A DNA stretch of 62,962 nt, filler included, from Octopus bimaculoides (GCF_001194135.2; 5 parts of 5 records of this genome joined end to end with filler, not necessarily neighbours in it), one strand, 5' to 3'; positions 36,616 through 49,742 are shown, counted from the whole stretch's first letter. The notes: generated by a model from the letters alone, not told the origin. Program-made: numbers and translations.

Positions 36616-37236
36616 CTCAGAAACGAATGTACAGGAACAGATTCGAATGCAAACAGCAAAAAGGAAACAAAAATACCCCAAAAAAGAACACTGAATATAC
36701 AACACAAGCACCACATAGCAAAGACAGAGAGACAAAAATAAAATAAATGTTTAAAAACTCTTTCTAAAAATGTTCAGTGACGTTATCTGGAGTGTGGGGT
36801 TCAATTTAACGTCGTTCCACTTTTTCATTTATCATTAACGATTCTTTACATTCGATTTTATTTCCCCCCCCCCCCACTTTTGTAGTTTGTTTTACCTTGT
36901 TTGTCCCCTTTGTGTTAGGTCCTGTGTGGCCAAATAAAGAAATATAGTCGGCAAGGTACGTCCACATCTACCCATTAATTTATGGCGTGAAGAGGAAAGG
37001 TCAGTTGCAAACACAAAAAAAAAAAAATTAAACCTCAAAAACGAATGCACAGAAACAGATTCGAACGCAGAGAAAAGACATTACAAATGCAAAAAGGAAA
37101 AAAAAAACCCCTAAAAGAACACTGAATATACAACACAAGCACCACACAGCAAGGACAAAGAGACAAAAATAAAATAACTGTTTATTTGTGTTAGGCCCTG
37201 TGTAGCCAATTAAAGAAATACAGTCGGTGAGGCACG
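36616..37236. repeat. Diverged local direct duplication
   Basis: 36616-36753 ~ 37034-37184 and 36910-36960 ~ 37186-37236 (e.g. aagaacactgaatatacaacacaagcaccaca occurs twice). Confidence 0.85.
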
Positions 37237-37774
37237 CCGTTCGGGCCAGTTACGCAGGCGACGAAGTACGTCGTTATAATGCGGAACAGTTCAGTGTCGA
37301 GCAAAACACAAGTAGATAATAACATTTAGCGGAATTCTCGGATCTAGAATTCACCAGATAAGTAGACTTCTTCGTTCTAAAGAATAAAGAAAAATGATGA
37401 GATCTTTCGACTATAGAAAGCCTGCACTTATTTGTTCCATTAATTTATGGAGTGAATCGCCCCGCACTGCTTCACTCGATTAGTTGTAATCCATTGTTAG
37501 TCTTCAAGTCCAAGATATACCTAGCTAACTTCGTGTGATCTTTTCATATCTTGGAAAAAGACTACAGGTTGACATATCTATTAAGAAATAGTGGGTGATT
37601 TAAGGGTATTTTGGCTGCGGCAAATTAACCTCATAATGTAAAGAGACATAATCAAAATAATCTAAACGAATCTGAATGATGCTGCGATATACACCGTTTT
37701 GTCTACTTTCAACACGTCCGCCTGTAGGTTGCCATCCATTTGGAGTCGAACCAAGTATTTTTGTTACATTTCAG

Positions 37775-37817
37775 GTTACTTCTGCCATGTCAGCTTCGAT
37801 CTTTCTCACAGGCCAGC
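37775..37817 (+). CDS. Candidate second exon (end of signal peptide)
   Basis: Strong acceptor tttttgttacatttcag|G, donor AGC|GTGAGA; phase 0 reading VTSAMSASIFLTGQ continues the 26879-26929 peptide into a plausible cleavage region. Confidence 0.35.
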
Positions 37818-38754
37818 GTGAGATTTCTACTCGACACCATTTTAAATATCCTTTTCTAAGTCATTCTCAATAGATGATCCATCAACCGTATCCTCCTTGA
37901 AGTCAGTATTACTATTAATTCCTTTTGTCATGTTCTCATAAGTAATTCTAACCGTTTCTACGTAATCTAATGGCATCTAATTCGTCAGTGTAAAGGTTTT
38001 GCCAAGCCAACTCTCTTTGTGCTAATATTTTTGTTACAAAAATCAATATATGAAGACGAAAGGTTAGAATAATGGATCTCGCAAGACGGATCGATAAATG
38101 ATGCACCAGCTATGTTCTGGTAGATATTCGATCAACCAGTGACATCTCTTTAGTATTCCTCGGCTAATGGCGATATATAGTCAAGTCGACCAGTAAGAAA
38201 ACTATAACCCGAGGTTTGATTCTGGCAAATGTCATTATGTAATAACATTCTACTGTTGTTTAGCTATTGGTCAGTCTCGATCAAGAATAATTATCATCAA
38301 AGTCATTCCAGATGAGACTTTGGTAGTGTTTTTATCTTAAAGGTACAATCATTACGAATACATTGACCAGTGAATCCTTTGTTGTTGTTTAGCTCAAGGT
38401 CATATCTGGTCAAGTAGAATTATTATGTAAGTCGTCCTTGAAATAATCATATCTTTTTGCTATTATTACTGAAATTTGCAATGCGTCTTATCTTGTTTTA
38501 ATAACGTTGAACGATTCAGGTCTGTTTAAATGTTGTTCTTGTTTCTAATAAATCAAGCAAGTGTTCTAAGGTCCACACTTTCTCTCGCGTTGTGTAACAG
38601 AAAAAAAAATAAAGATCACGGTGACAAATAGCTTCTGTTTGGCCCAATAACAGGAGTGCTCTATGCTGTAGCTAGGTTCCTTAGAAACAGGAGCTAATTC
38701 TTCACAGAATTTCAGCCTCACATCCTATGTGTGTGTATTTGTGAATGTGCTTTA

Positions 38755-38802
<48 letters not shown>

Positions 38803-40452
38803 NNNNNNNNNNNNNNNNNNNNNNNNNNNNNNNNNNNNNNNNNNNNNNNNNNNNNNNNNNNNNNNNNNNNNNNNNNNNNNNNNNNNNNNNNNNNNNNNNN
38901 NNNNNNNNNNNNNNNNNNNNNNNNNNNNNNNNNNNNNNNNNNNNNNNNNNNNNNNNNNNNNNNNNNNNNNNNNNNNNNNNNNNNNNNNNNNNNNNNNNNN
39001 NNNNNNNNNNNNNNNNNNNNNNNNNNNNNNNNNNNNNNNNNNNNNNNNNNNNNNNNNNNNNNNNNNNNNNNNATATATATATATATATATGGAGGTGCGT
39101 AGTTTGGCGCGTATGTATGTATCCTACAAAATCAGCTTTGTAAGGATTATAGCTTTGTAAGGATTATAGTTTATACTGGATACTCTGCAGGGAGAAAAAA
39201 AGAAAACCTGTCAAAGAAGGGATGAGCTGAGCTGAGTCAACGCCCATCCAACAACTGGAACTGAGCACTGCTGTGTCTTTAGACATTGCTGTCAGAGAAG
39301 GTAACTCAGAAGTATCGCCGGGCTCATTGCGAAGCCAAAGATATTGTATTTGCTTGTTCCTGAATTGTCTGATTGTGAAGGTAACGGGTTTGACCTTGTA
39401 ATAAAAGCTTTCATTCACTTGAAATTTCAGCGCGATAGTTACTGACATCCAATCTACTAGTTGAAAGCCACCGTATATTTACTGGCCAACAAAATAGCTA
39501 TCGAACACATGCTAGAAATAGGAGCTAAATGTATGACCAATCGCACCCTACCATTTGAAATACTCAAGCATTCAGGGAATCAATATGTTCCTTGAAATAG
39601 CATGCCTTAACAAAAGTGAGATGCCATGTCTTGAAAGGCTTTAGTTTCGAATCTACTCAATGTCTGCTGATCAGCAGCAATAACACTGACTAATAATTGT
39701 ACTTCAAATTCGAACTTTTCGAAATGGTAAGCACCAGTTTCCAATTGTAAAGTGTCGTTTAACATTCCTATAAGTTCGATCAACCAAGGAAATATGTAAA
39801 GTCAGATCTGATCAACAAAAATTATGATGACGACTGCAACAACAATAGCAAGAATCAGAGTAACCCAAAGAAAAGAGACTTGAGTTCGTTTCCAATTTGC
39901 AGACACACCTCTCCCAAATCAGACCACAGTGTTTTAAAATAAGTAAAGAATCTGTTAAACGACGATACACAGTAAATATTTAACAAGACAGTGTTGGCAT
40001 ATATGAAAGGACTTGTGAACAGTGATCTACTCCATCAGTTCTCAACAGATCTCAGATCTCTAGCTAAGTAACCAATACGAAAAACACACATCAAGGAGAG
40101 GCTATGTAATGAAACTTAACGAAGAATTTAGTCGAGGCCACAACCGTCTCTGCTCCTCCAACACCCGGCGTAGTTCGTTAATAATTAAAACTAACATCAA
40201 TTTCAAGAATCCTGTTATGGCATTGTACTCACGTTTTGTTAATATTTTGTGGTGTTTTAGTTTTAAATTTTAGTTTGTTTAATTCTCGTCTGTTTTTTTT
40301 TCTGGTTTGAAATCTCATACATCAAATATTTCACATCTTATAATGTATGTATGAATATATGCATGCATACATACATACAGATATATGTACATGCATTATA
40401 AATACGATATATGTATGCATGTGTACATATGTATATATATGTAAACATATAT

Positions 40453-40516
<64 letters not shown>

Positions 40517-40641
40517 TACATACATGCATCCTATATATGTATGTATATGCATATGTATAGATATATGTGTGACGGAATGTATGTATGCTTATATGCTTAT
40601 ATTCACATACACATGTATATATTATATACATACATACATAC

Positions 40642-40682
<41 letters not shown>

Positions 40683-40914
40683 TACATACGTGGATGCATG
40701 TATGTATGTATGTATGTATACCTAAATCTGGCCTTCCATAAATTCCTCTACCATGCTTCCACCATAAAGGCGCCATATCTTTACAATATCCTATAAATAT
40801 GTATGAGATTTTAGTTGTTGTTGTTGCTGTTTTTCACTAAAGTAATTACACGAAATCGAAGATAACATCGTCTTCTTTGTTTCGTTTTTTTCTGCCACGA
40901 AGAGAAGCCGTAAA

Positions 40915-41545
40915 GACAGAGAGAGAGAGAGGGAGAGAGAGGGAGAGAGAGAGAGAGAGAGAGTGACAATGATGATGACGATCAGGAAGAAGAAAAGAGA
41001 GGATTATGAAGAAGAAAAAGACGAAAAGTGAAAGAGAAAAGGAAGAAGAAGAAAGAGAAGGTGGGAGAGAATGTGAAGAAGAAAAAAGAAGGGGAAGAAA
41101 TAGTAGTAGTAGTAGTAGTAGTAGCAGAAGAAGAAGCAGAAGAAGAAGAAGAAGAAGAAGAAGGTTACAAGAGAAGTTGAAAAAGAAGAAAAAAAGCATT
41201 AGAAAAAGATTAAGTTTAAAAAAGACGGAGATGAGATTATCATCATCATCATCATCATCAGTAGAAGTATTAACAAGTGTTTTTGTTATCATTATTATTA
41301 TTATTATTAGTAGTAGTAGTATTGGTGATGGTGGTGATGGTGGTTGTACAGTTAGTAGAATCAGCAGCAGCAACAGTAGCGGGTGTAACAGTCGCGGCAG
41401 CAGCCGTGGCAGCAGTAGTAGTAGTAGGAAGTGAAGAAGACAATTACGTCGACGTCGATGAATAACGATGAGGAGATGATGGTGATGATGATGATAATTG
41501 ATGATGGTGACGATGATGATGATGATGATGATGATGATGAAAGAG
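40915..41545. repeat. Compound microsatellite block (GA/GAA/TAG/CAT/TTA/GAT)
   Basis: Successive simple repeats; source of the K/R/E/S-rich ORFs. Confidence 0.9.
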
Positions 41546-41736
41546 AGATAAAAGAGGAGGATAGATAAGGTGAATTAGTATTATTTTCTGATGGCGATTG
41601 TCACAAGTGTTGATGAGAATCCTGACACGCGTGCACTCGGCAACCAAGATAAACTTGTACAGCAACACAACTATATAAAGACAAAGAGAGAGAGAGAGAG
41701 ATACGGGGAAAGAAAGCTTGAGGAAAAGCAAGAACC

Positions 41737-41771
<35 letters not shown>

Positions 41772-42004
41772 GAGAGAGAAAGAGTAGTGGGGAAAGAGAT
41801 ACTCTGTACTGGTTGATTTTTATGAATAAAATTTCAAATGCGACATATTGTAAATACGTAAGGTTTTTCTAAAATGATTTATCAGTAAGATAGAAATTTG
41901 GAATCCATCTAAAGATCTCGTGTGCGCAATATTACAATCTGTCATTCTCATTATATTCTGTTAATTATAAGAAAAAACAAAGAAAGAAAAAATACAGTTT
42001 TATA

Positions 42005-42155
42005 TTTAAAAGATAAGGAATTATGTACATTATTTACATTTGACGGATATTTGTCCTCATCTTGTTTGTTAACACAACATTTCGGCTGATATAACCTCCA
42101 GCCTTCATCTTGGGGAAATTTCGAACCTAGGTTCTCGTTCCTAAGGTATTTTTCG

Positions 42156-42192
<37 letters not shown>

Positions 42193-42260
42193 GGTTACTG
42201 CCTTGAATCGAACACGGAATCTTGGGGTTAGTAGCCCGCACTCTTCTCCAGTAACTACTT
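42005..42260 (-). mobile_element. Composite element: tRNA-like head + (AAT)n + hammerhead-containing body (family H1), copy 1
   Basis: Minus strand: ...gagtgcgggctactaaccccaagattccgtgttcgattc (anticodon-like loop, B box GTTCGATTC), (AAT)n, then gaaaaataccttaggaa...ccccaag-atgaaggctggaggttatatcagccgaaatgttgtgttaac...tgtacataattcc. Hammerhead core partly deleted in this copy. Confidence 0.8.
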
Positions 42261-42854
42261 CTGCTCATGGTCAGAGATGCACATATCGTCAGTCCCCGAA
42301 GGACATGCTCAACTGGTTAATGTCAAGCAACTGACAAGCACATCTGTGGTATTGAGCAGAATATTTACTGTAGCCCATCTTTTACACCAAGGCAAAACAA
42401 TGTACATGATAACACTTCCAATCAGTTAAGATCACATGCTATGAGAGCGTTCGAAGCTGTATTAATAGTTTAAGGTAACCTTTATATCCACGCCAACATG
42501 CATGTCTTGTAGAAACACCGAATACTGCGTTATTAACCTCGATACATCCTCCCATGTTGACGCTTAGAGCATAAAGGCACATACATAGATCGTTTTAGAG
42601 GAGGATCGTTTGTCATTGGCATCGGGAATCCCATATCGTTTAATTTCATTCTACTGGAAACCATCAGTAGGTGGCGTCTTGTCACCACATGCCAGACGAC
42701 TCTCTCTACCATTATGTACAGAATATCAGAAATCACTGTCCGATATGCTTAACTGAAGATCCGTAGTCAAATGCGTAATTATTCTAATTAGACTTTGAAT
42801 GATAGGTTTATGAGCAAGAGATGTAGGCTTTTGTTTCGGAAAGGAAGTTGGTTA

Positions 42855-42903
<49 letters not shown>

Positions 42904-43289
42904 AGAGAACGAGCAACAATTGGCAATGGTTTTTTGTTCGTTACCATTATTCACAAGACCACCATATACTTGCAACGTAGCGCTGTTGCACGACATTACT
43001 TGACAAAGAATAAAATAAAATTTGATGGGAAAATAGTAAACGAATATAATCAAATAGTTTATTAAATGCCATACAAAATAGATCAATTATAGAAACAAAA
43101 TTTATTACCCAATAAAATACTAGAATTAACAGCCAAGTACATACATCAAAATATGAACTCATTCTTACTAATATAAAATAGTAAATAAAAATATAAAACT
43201 GCGAAAATTCGACCCCCAAATGTTACAGATTCTTAATTATGACAGTCTAGAAAAATGTGGTGGAAATGTCTACACGAACTCAGTCAGTA

Positions 43290-43675
43290 TACAGACGAGA
43301 ACACAGGTGTGCTGGAAATAGAGGCCATTTGTTGTGACACTCACGCATCAGTCTCCTGACCAGTAACGTACGCTCAAGTCGTACTGTCACGTGTTGCGTC
43401 TTTGTTTTGCAGTATTTTTTGTTTTTCCAGTTAGTCGATTTTTGTGGCAGCTGTAACGAAGAAACAGCGTGCTTCCGTGAAATTCTCTTTTCTGCTGGAG
43501 AAAACGTCGGCTGAAACACTTGTCATGCTTCAAACAGTTTACAAGGACGCTGCCATGCGTAAAATACAAGTATATGAGTGATTTCCACACTTTAGGAATG
43601 GTCACGATCGTTGACCTCTGAACGACTGAAAACATCATGAAAATCCATGAACTGATCTTGGAAAATCAGATTCCT
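43290..43675 (+). mobile_element. Tc1/mariner (mariner-type) transposon 5' fragment
   Basis: From about 43462: KQRASVKFSFLLEKTSAETLVMLQTVYKDAAMRKIQVYE*FPHFRNG then TTENIMKIHELILEN, the N-terminal HTH region of mariner transposases, with a stop and a deletion. Confidence 0.85.
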
Positions 43676-43799
43676 CACAGCTATTGAGATCGATGCAAAT
43701 GATTTTAATCCTGCTCCGAATTTTAAGGTATTGTTCAAAAATTATAAAGCAATATATTACATGCTATTAAAACACTCACATATTATAAGACCGCGAGCT

Positions 43800-43965
43800 G
43801 GACAAAATGCTTAGCAACATTTCGTCCGTCGCTGCGGTCTGAACTCGAATTTAGCTTTCATCTTTTTGCTGTCGATAAAATAAGTACCACTTGAACAGCG
43901 TGGTTGATGCAATCAACTTAGTCCCTTCCCTGAACTTGCTGGCATCGTGCCAAAATTTGAAACTA
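43800..43965 (+). mobile_element. SINE family B (decayed)
   Basis: gcttagcaacatttcgtccgtcg...gaactcgaatttagctttcatc...gtcgataaaataagtacc...ccaaaatttgaaac. Confidence 0.75.
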
Positions 43966-44129
43966 TTGTTAATTCAGTTTACATCGCAGCAAGGTTCGAC
44001 AATAAATAATTAGAATCAATCGTAAACGTAATAAACGTAAAATATACAGAATTATCCGTAACCCAACACAAGAGTTTTCTCTTGTAGTTTTTGACAGGAA
44101 ATTTATCGAAAGAGTTCCTATAAATTCTT

Positions 44130-44520
44130 CAAGAGTGATCTGCTATAATATTTGTAACCACATTCCCTCGTATCTCTCTCCCATTGTCTTTATTCTCTGA
44201 TGAATCCTTCGCCTTGATCTTTGCTTTTATCGCTAAGCTACTCTGGAAAGCTAAGTAACTGAATGGGATAATGGATATTGAGGTTTCTGCTACAGTCATG
44301 CTTAATAAAATCGGGGTGTGCGCCTTTTACGATCTTTCTATGAGTATTCTTTCTAATGACTGCATATAAAATATTTGATAAAGCGAACAAGCGAGAAAAC
44401 CTTGAAAGGCACTTAATGCTGTCCACTGAATCTATAAAATAAAAATCATATTTAAGCATTCTTATATGGGGACCATTAGAAAGGTCTGCTTTAAGCTTTA
44501 AAGTGGCACCAAATGTACAG
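44130..44520 (-). mobile_element. Decayed DNA-transposase C-terminal fragment, CMC (Chapaev-like) type
   Basis: Minus strand reads KLKADLSNGPHIRML...NLNIHYPIQLLSFPE*LSDKSKDQGEGF, then after a frameshift HQRIKTMGERYEGMW; matches the KLKxGxFxGPxIR and SDEQGERFHQDIxxMExRYxGxW motifs. The superfamily name is from memory and needs a search. Confidence 0.6.
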
Positions 44521-45149
44521 CTCAATGTCATTTTAATTGTGTAATTTTGTTACGGCGATGCTTGAATATGGTAATATGTTTTAGAACAAGAAGGGAAGTG
44601 ATATAAAAAATTCATCATCCTTTAGATTCAGAGATTCTATAACAGGTATCAGTTATAAGTAACCAACAATTGAGTGGCCCATTGTGTATCAGAAGAAATA
44701 TATATGCGTATGTATGTATTATATATGTGTGTGTATGTGATACGTTAAATAGACGAGTGTTTTTATTTACCGTTAGCAGGTGATTTTCCATATTCGAAAT
44801 TTCCAGATCTTTACAAACTAATTTTCACGACATTTGGCACACGATCGACAGCTATAGAGATACGGTAAGTTGATTGCATCGATCACAGTGCTCAAGTGGT
44901 ACTTATTCTATCGACCACAAAAGGATGAATGGTAAATTCGAACTCAGCGTGTAACGACAAAGGAAATGTCGCTAATCATTTTGCCCAGCTCGCGGCCTTA
45001 TAATATGTGATTGTTTTATTAACATGTAATACATTGCTTTAACATTTTTTACCATGACCAGAAAATTTAGAGGAGGACTAAAATCATTGACATCAATCTC
45101 AATACCTGTGAGGGATTTGATTCTCCAAGATCAATTAATGATTTTTCAG

Positions 45150-45182
45150 TCATTCCGGAGGTCGACAGTCGATCTAAACGAG
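45150..45182 (+). CDS. Weak candidate 33-nt exon ending in a furin-type motif
   Basis: atttttcag acceptor, GAG|GTCGGT donor, phase 1-1; joined to 37775-37817 it reads (L)IPEVDSRSKR. The same stretch also resembles a decayed RTE RT motif (..NFAHD.. at about 45240-45260), so it may not be an exon. Confidence 0.2.
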
Positions 45183-47639
45183 GTCGGTCGTCAAGCGACA
45201 ACTGACTATTCCTAAAGTGTTGAAACTACTCATAAACTTGAATTTTGCTCACGACAGCGTCCTTGTAAGCTGTTTAATGAATGATAACTTTCTCATCTTT
45301 CCCTAAATAGTACGCGACTTTCATTTTTATCACTTCTAGGGACCGATAGCATTATTTGAAATCCTTGAAGATTTCGCCTATCATGTCTAGCGTCAAATGA
45401 TTGGAATTCTAGAATAGAAGGAAAAATAAACAAGAATATATAATATTCTATATATTTAGTGCTTGTCAGCAATTATTCGACTTAAAATGTCCTTAGCGAG
45501 AAAATCTTTGATGTCATCAGAGCTTCGAATTTGCTGTGTATGACATTGTTTGCCCATAGCTGGAGGTTTGGTCTTTCACTACGTTCATTTTATTATGCTG
45601 CCAGAGAGTTAGACATTAAATGACTTAACCTTTTCACAAGCCTCAGCAAAACATCAAAGCCAAAACGTTGGACATAAGTAAATATATAAAAATAAATAGA
45701 TAAATGAAACGTTCTAGAAAAATTGAATTCAAAACTGCTGACCTGAGCAGCGCAAAGGAGAAATAAGAGAAAAAGAAATATTGGAGTGGTAAACAAGCTT
45801 AATTCACTAATCAATAAACAGACAACATGCCATGTCGAAGCTGTTGCAATCACGATCATATGATTGGGGTTTCAATTCCCAGAATGTTGTCTCTTTCAGT
45901 AAACAAATTCCGTTCACGTTGCTGTAGCCTGGTCAGAGGAAACGAGACCAGGCCGAACGCTACAGCGTTCCCTTTTAAACCGTATCTATTTTATCCCGAA
46001 TGTTCTTTAGGATTAAGATGTGTGGGGGAATGTCTGTGTCCCCAGCAACCTCCCCCCCCCCGCCACACACACACTTAATGCAATTAACGAAAGCATGGCA
46101 CAGTGCACCAAGTTATATTTGCTTAAAAGTGACAGCAAATATTTAAAGAGATACATGCTGGAAGTTGAAAATATAAAATACTAGACGTCGTTTCGACCAC
46201 GTATTGCTAGAAATAGCAACCAAAATCGCTTCAAATCCAATCTTAGTATCTATCTTTAAAATGGATGGGTAATAAGCTTAATGAGGTGGGTGACAACAAT
46301 TGTCGAAACAGCATGGGTATCCATACGCTATTTTATTAAATTGAGGGAAGACAAACGAAAAAGTACTAGATGTCGCGGTGGGACTGAACCTGGAAACATG
46401 TGGTTGGGAAGCAAGTTACTTACCACACACATTCCAGTATCAGGGTGGTTGTACTATATATGGTTGATAAGGACAAGTAATAAGATATATGCAATCCCCA
46501 TAATATTACGGTGTGTCTTAAAATCAACGTTACTACACGACTACATTAATGCTAAACCATTCACTGCCAATTTTTTAAAAATTCATATAGTTTGGCTTTG
46601 CCGGGTGTCTTCGGAGTCAAATAATATATAGGATTTAAATTTCCTTCATATATGAAGTTTTTGGAAATTATGATAAAGTTTACGAAAAGTTCCAAATGGG
46701 GATCGCTGAAAAAAATGATATTTATCCTTTTTCTTTTCAATTGCAATTATGAAAGTTTTAGCTTTTTGAAACTCTAGAATCAAATGCTGATGTGTATAAG
46801 ATATCAATGAATGATAGAAACGGGAAATGCGAATTAAAAAAAGAAGAGACCGTTTTCGAAACAGTCAATATTTTTGCAGTTCAAAAATTGCGATTTATGA
46901 CATAAAATGTTCTCTAAAATTAACCAGAGCTAATAATGACAAACTTTAATTACTAACTATTGTTAAACACACCTCTGCAAATGCAACGATGTACATAAAC
47001 AATTCACTTTAAATACAACGAAGAACAGGCAGCGAGACTGTTTTTAGCACATCCCCAAATGGAGCTCATGGCAGCCAATGGGTTAATGGAATGAGTTGAG
47101 GTAACTCATAATATGAACGAGACAACATTCTTGTAAAGCTGTCTATGCTATGGTATACAGTGGCATACATGTCTTTAATGTAAGGCTGAGATAAATAATG
47201 TGATAAAATTATATGACATACAATACTATCTTCATGTTGCACTGCAAATATTATGAAATGATGTTGTATACGAGACCACATTAATATGAATCTGTTATTA
47301 AGGCTTTGTCATGATATTCTGTATAAGATAGCATTAACATAATGCAAGATAATGATAACATATTGCTGTTAATGTTGTATGATAAATAATTTTGTAAAGA
47401 GATATAATTTAATGAAAGCTTCTTAATATTATGAAATAGCGCATTTTTCAACAATAATAATATGTAAGAGTGATATAGTAAACAACTAGTCTTGTTGCAA
47501 TGTATTTAATAAATATTTCGTAGAAAGCAAAATATTCAAATATCTGCCAGCAAGAAAGTTTCCTATGATTAATAATAAAGGTTTCAAATTTTTTCACAAG
47601 GTCTGTATTTTTCTAGAAGAATTGGGAAATATATACGAT

Positions 47640-48365
47640 CAGTACTTGCTTATTACTTATATTACCCATTCCGAAACAGACGAAAGATAAAAACGACTTC
47701 GGCAGAATTTGAACTCAGAACCTAAAAACGAAATGCGGCTAAACGTTTTGTCCGTTCTTCTGATGATTGTGCCAGTGTGCTGCGTTTATCTGATCAGTAT
47801 AAGACCAATAATTTATGAGGATGGAATAAATAGATTGACTCAACCCCTGTGAGCAACTGGTACATAATTTATCTACACGGAAAGGGGAAGTCGACCTCGG
47901 CGGAATTTGAGCTCGGAACGTAAAGGCAGACGAAATGTCGCTAAGAATGTTGTCTAGAGTGCTAACAACTCTGCCAGTTCGCAGCCTTAAACCAATAATT
48001 CATATTGGTTTTAAATCTTGGCACAATGCCGGCAATTTATGCTGTCGGGTTAGTCGATTACATCGACCCGAATAATCATGCGGTGATTATTTTTATCAAC
48101 GTTAAATCTCTGAACGAGGTATTAACAGTAACTGCACGACAAAGTGAAGTATATTTGCCACTTAAATGTGGCTGACCCCTAAGGGTGGATGTTACTGTTG
48201 CTTTTAGCCCCAATAGAACATCTCCTCCAGCTGGCTATCGACAACCCAGAAAGAATGTAAAGCGATGTCGAACATACTGGAGTTTGAACTCCGAAGGTGA
48301 AGCCGGACGAAACGCCGATAAGCATTCTGACCGGTGTGCTAACGCTTCAACCAGTTCGTCACCTT
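47640..48365 (-). mobile_element. Cluster of family B SINE copies and fragments
   Basis: gtcgacctcggcggaatttga.ctc.gaacgtaaag...gacgaaat...gctaa motifs at about 47690-47790, 47885-47990 and 48270-48365. Confidence 0.75.
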
Positions 48366-49742
48366 AATCTGATTACTAATAACGTAACATAATTGACTAA
48401 CTTGGTAATGATACACCGAAACGGTCCCACCTGCCGTGAAATCTGAATCAGGAATTAATTTTTAATGAATAGTAGTAGTAGTAGTCTTAGTAGTAGTAGT
48501 GGTGGTGGTGGTGGTTGGAGAGTCAGTAGTGTTTTGTTGCAAAAGTAGGTTTTCAAGTTTTTTTGTTCGTTTTGTTTTTGTTTTCCTGAGTCATGACAAA
48601 AACATGACAAAACGAAGAAAATTTCAAAAAATTGAAAACAGACGAGATGTTTCATTAAGAAAATTCCAGAATGGGAAAAATATAAATATAAAAGTGTTTT
48701 TTTTTTCTTTTAATAAACAAGGAAAAAAAAAAAGAAACCTAACCAAACACAGAAAATTTTAAAAAATAACATATTTATATTTAAAAATATAATCTAACGA
48801 TTTTATTGAGTGGAAAGCAAATTTAATGATTATTTCAACAAAAGATAAAATAACGAACAAGACAAAAAAACTTACCCCACGAACAAGCAAACAAAAAAAT
48901 ACTCAAACTATTTTTTTTCTTTTTTTCTTGTNNNNNNNNNNNNNNNNNNNNNNNNNNNNNNNNNNNNNNNNNNNNNNNNNNNNNNNNNNNNNNNNNNNNN
49001 NNNNNNNNNNNNNNNNNNNNNNNNNNNNNNNNNNNNNNNNNNNNNNNNNNNNNNNNNNNNNNNNNNNNNNNNNNNNNNNNNNNNNNNNNNNNNNNNNNNN
49101 NNNNNNNNNNNNNNNNNNNNNNNNNNNNNNNNNNNNNNNNNNNNNNNNNNNNNNNNNNNNNNNNNNNNNNNNNNNNNNNNNNNNNNNNNNNNNNNNNNNN
49201 NATATATATATATATATAAACATAAACATATGTGTATGTATAGATATGGATGTACATATGTATTACGTAAACACACGTGATTAGGTTAGTGTACGTGAGA
49301 TTATGTATGAACATACATAAAGGCATTCAAATATTAATTGCAAAAGCACTCAATACGAATATGTAGAGTTTAAAATATATTTTACATTCAACCATAAAAA
49401 CTAAATTAAAAATTTACATTCAAACATACAATAAAATAAAATAATGTAGATTAATATATTACAATATATCGATGTTTGAGTGTTTGTGAGTGTGTGTGTG
49501 TGTGCGCTAAAATAGGTGAGTATCTATCTATTCCCATATATATGTATGTATGTATGTATATATAATTATATAAATATATATATAGGCGAGGAAGACAAAC
49601 ACACATGCATATATATATGTATATATATATATATATATGTATACGTTCATACACATACACACATATACAGACACAGATGCACGCTTATATATATATATAT
49701 ATATAATTATATATACATACATACACACACTCACAAAAACGT

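Noticed and set aside
40846-41872. SR-like, K/E-rich and Leu-rich ORFs
   Set aside because: Compound trinucleotide and (GA)n repeats.
42189-42260. tRNA gene
   Set aside because: Has a B box and an anticodon-like loop but no acceptor stem; it is the head of a repeat.
45827-46078. Cys-rich ORF with N-glycosylation sequons as a FReD upstream exon
   Set aside because: No FReD motifs, runs into poly-C/(CA)n, and contains a hairpin typical of a repeat.
48185-48367. Exon-like GC-richer segment
   Set aside because: Abuts and overlaps SINE sequence and looks like a dispersed repeat; no family similarity.
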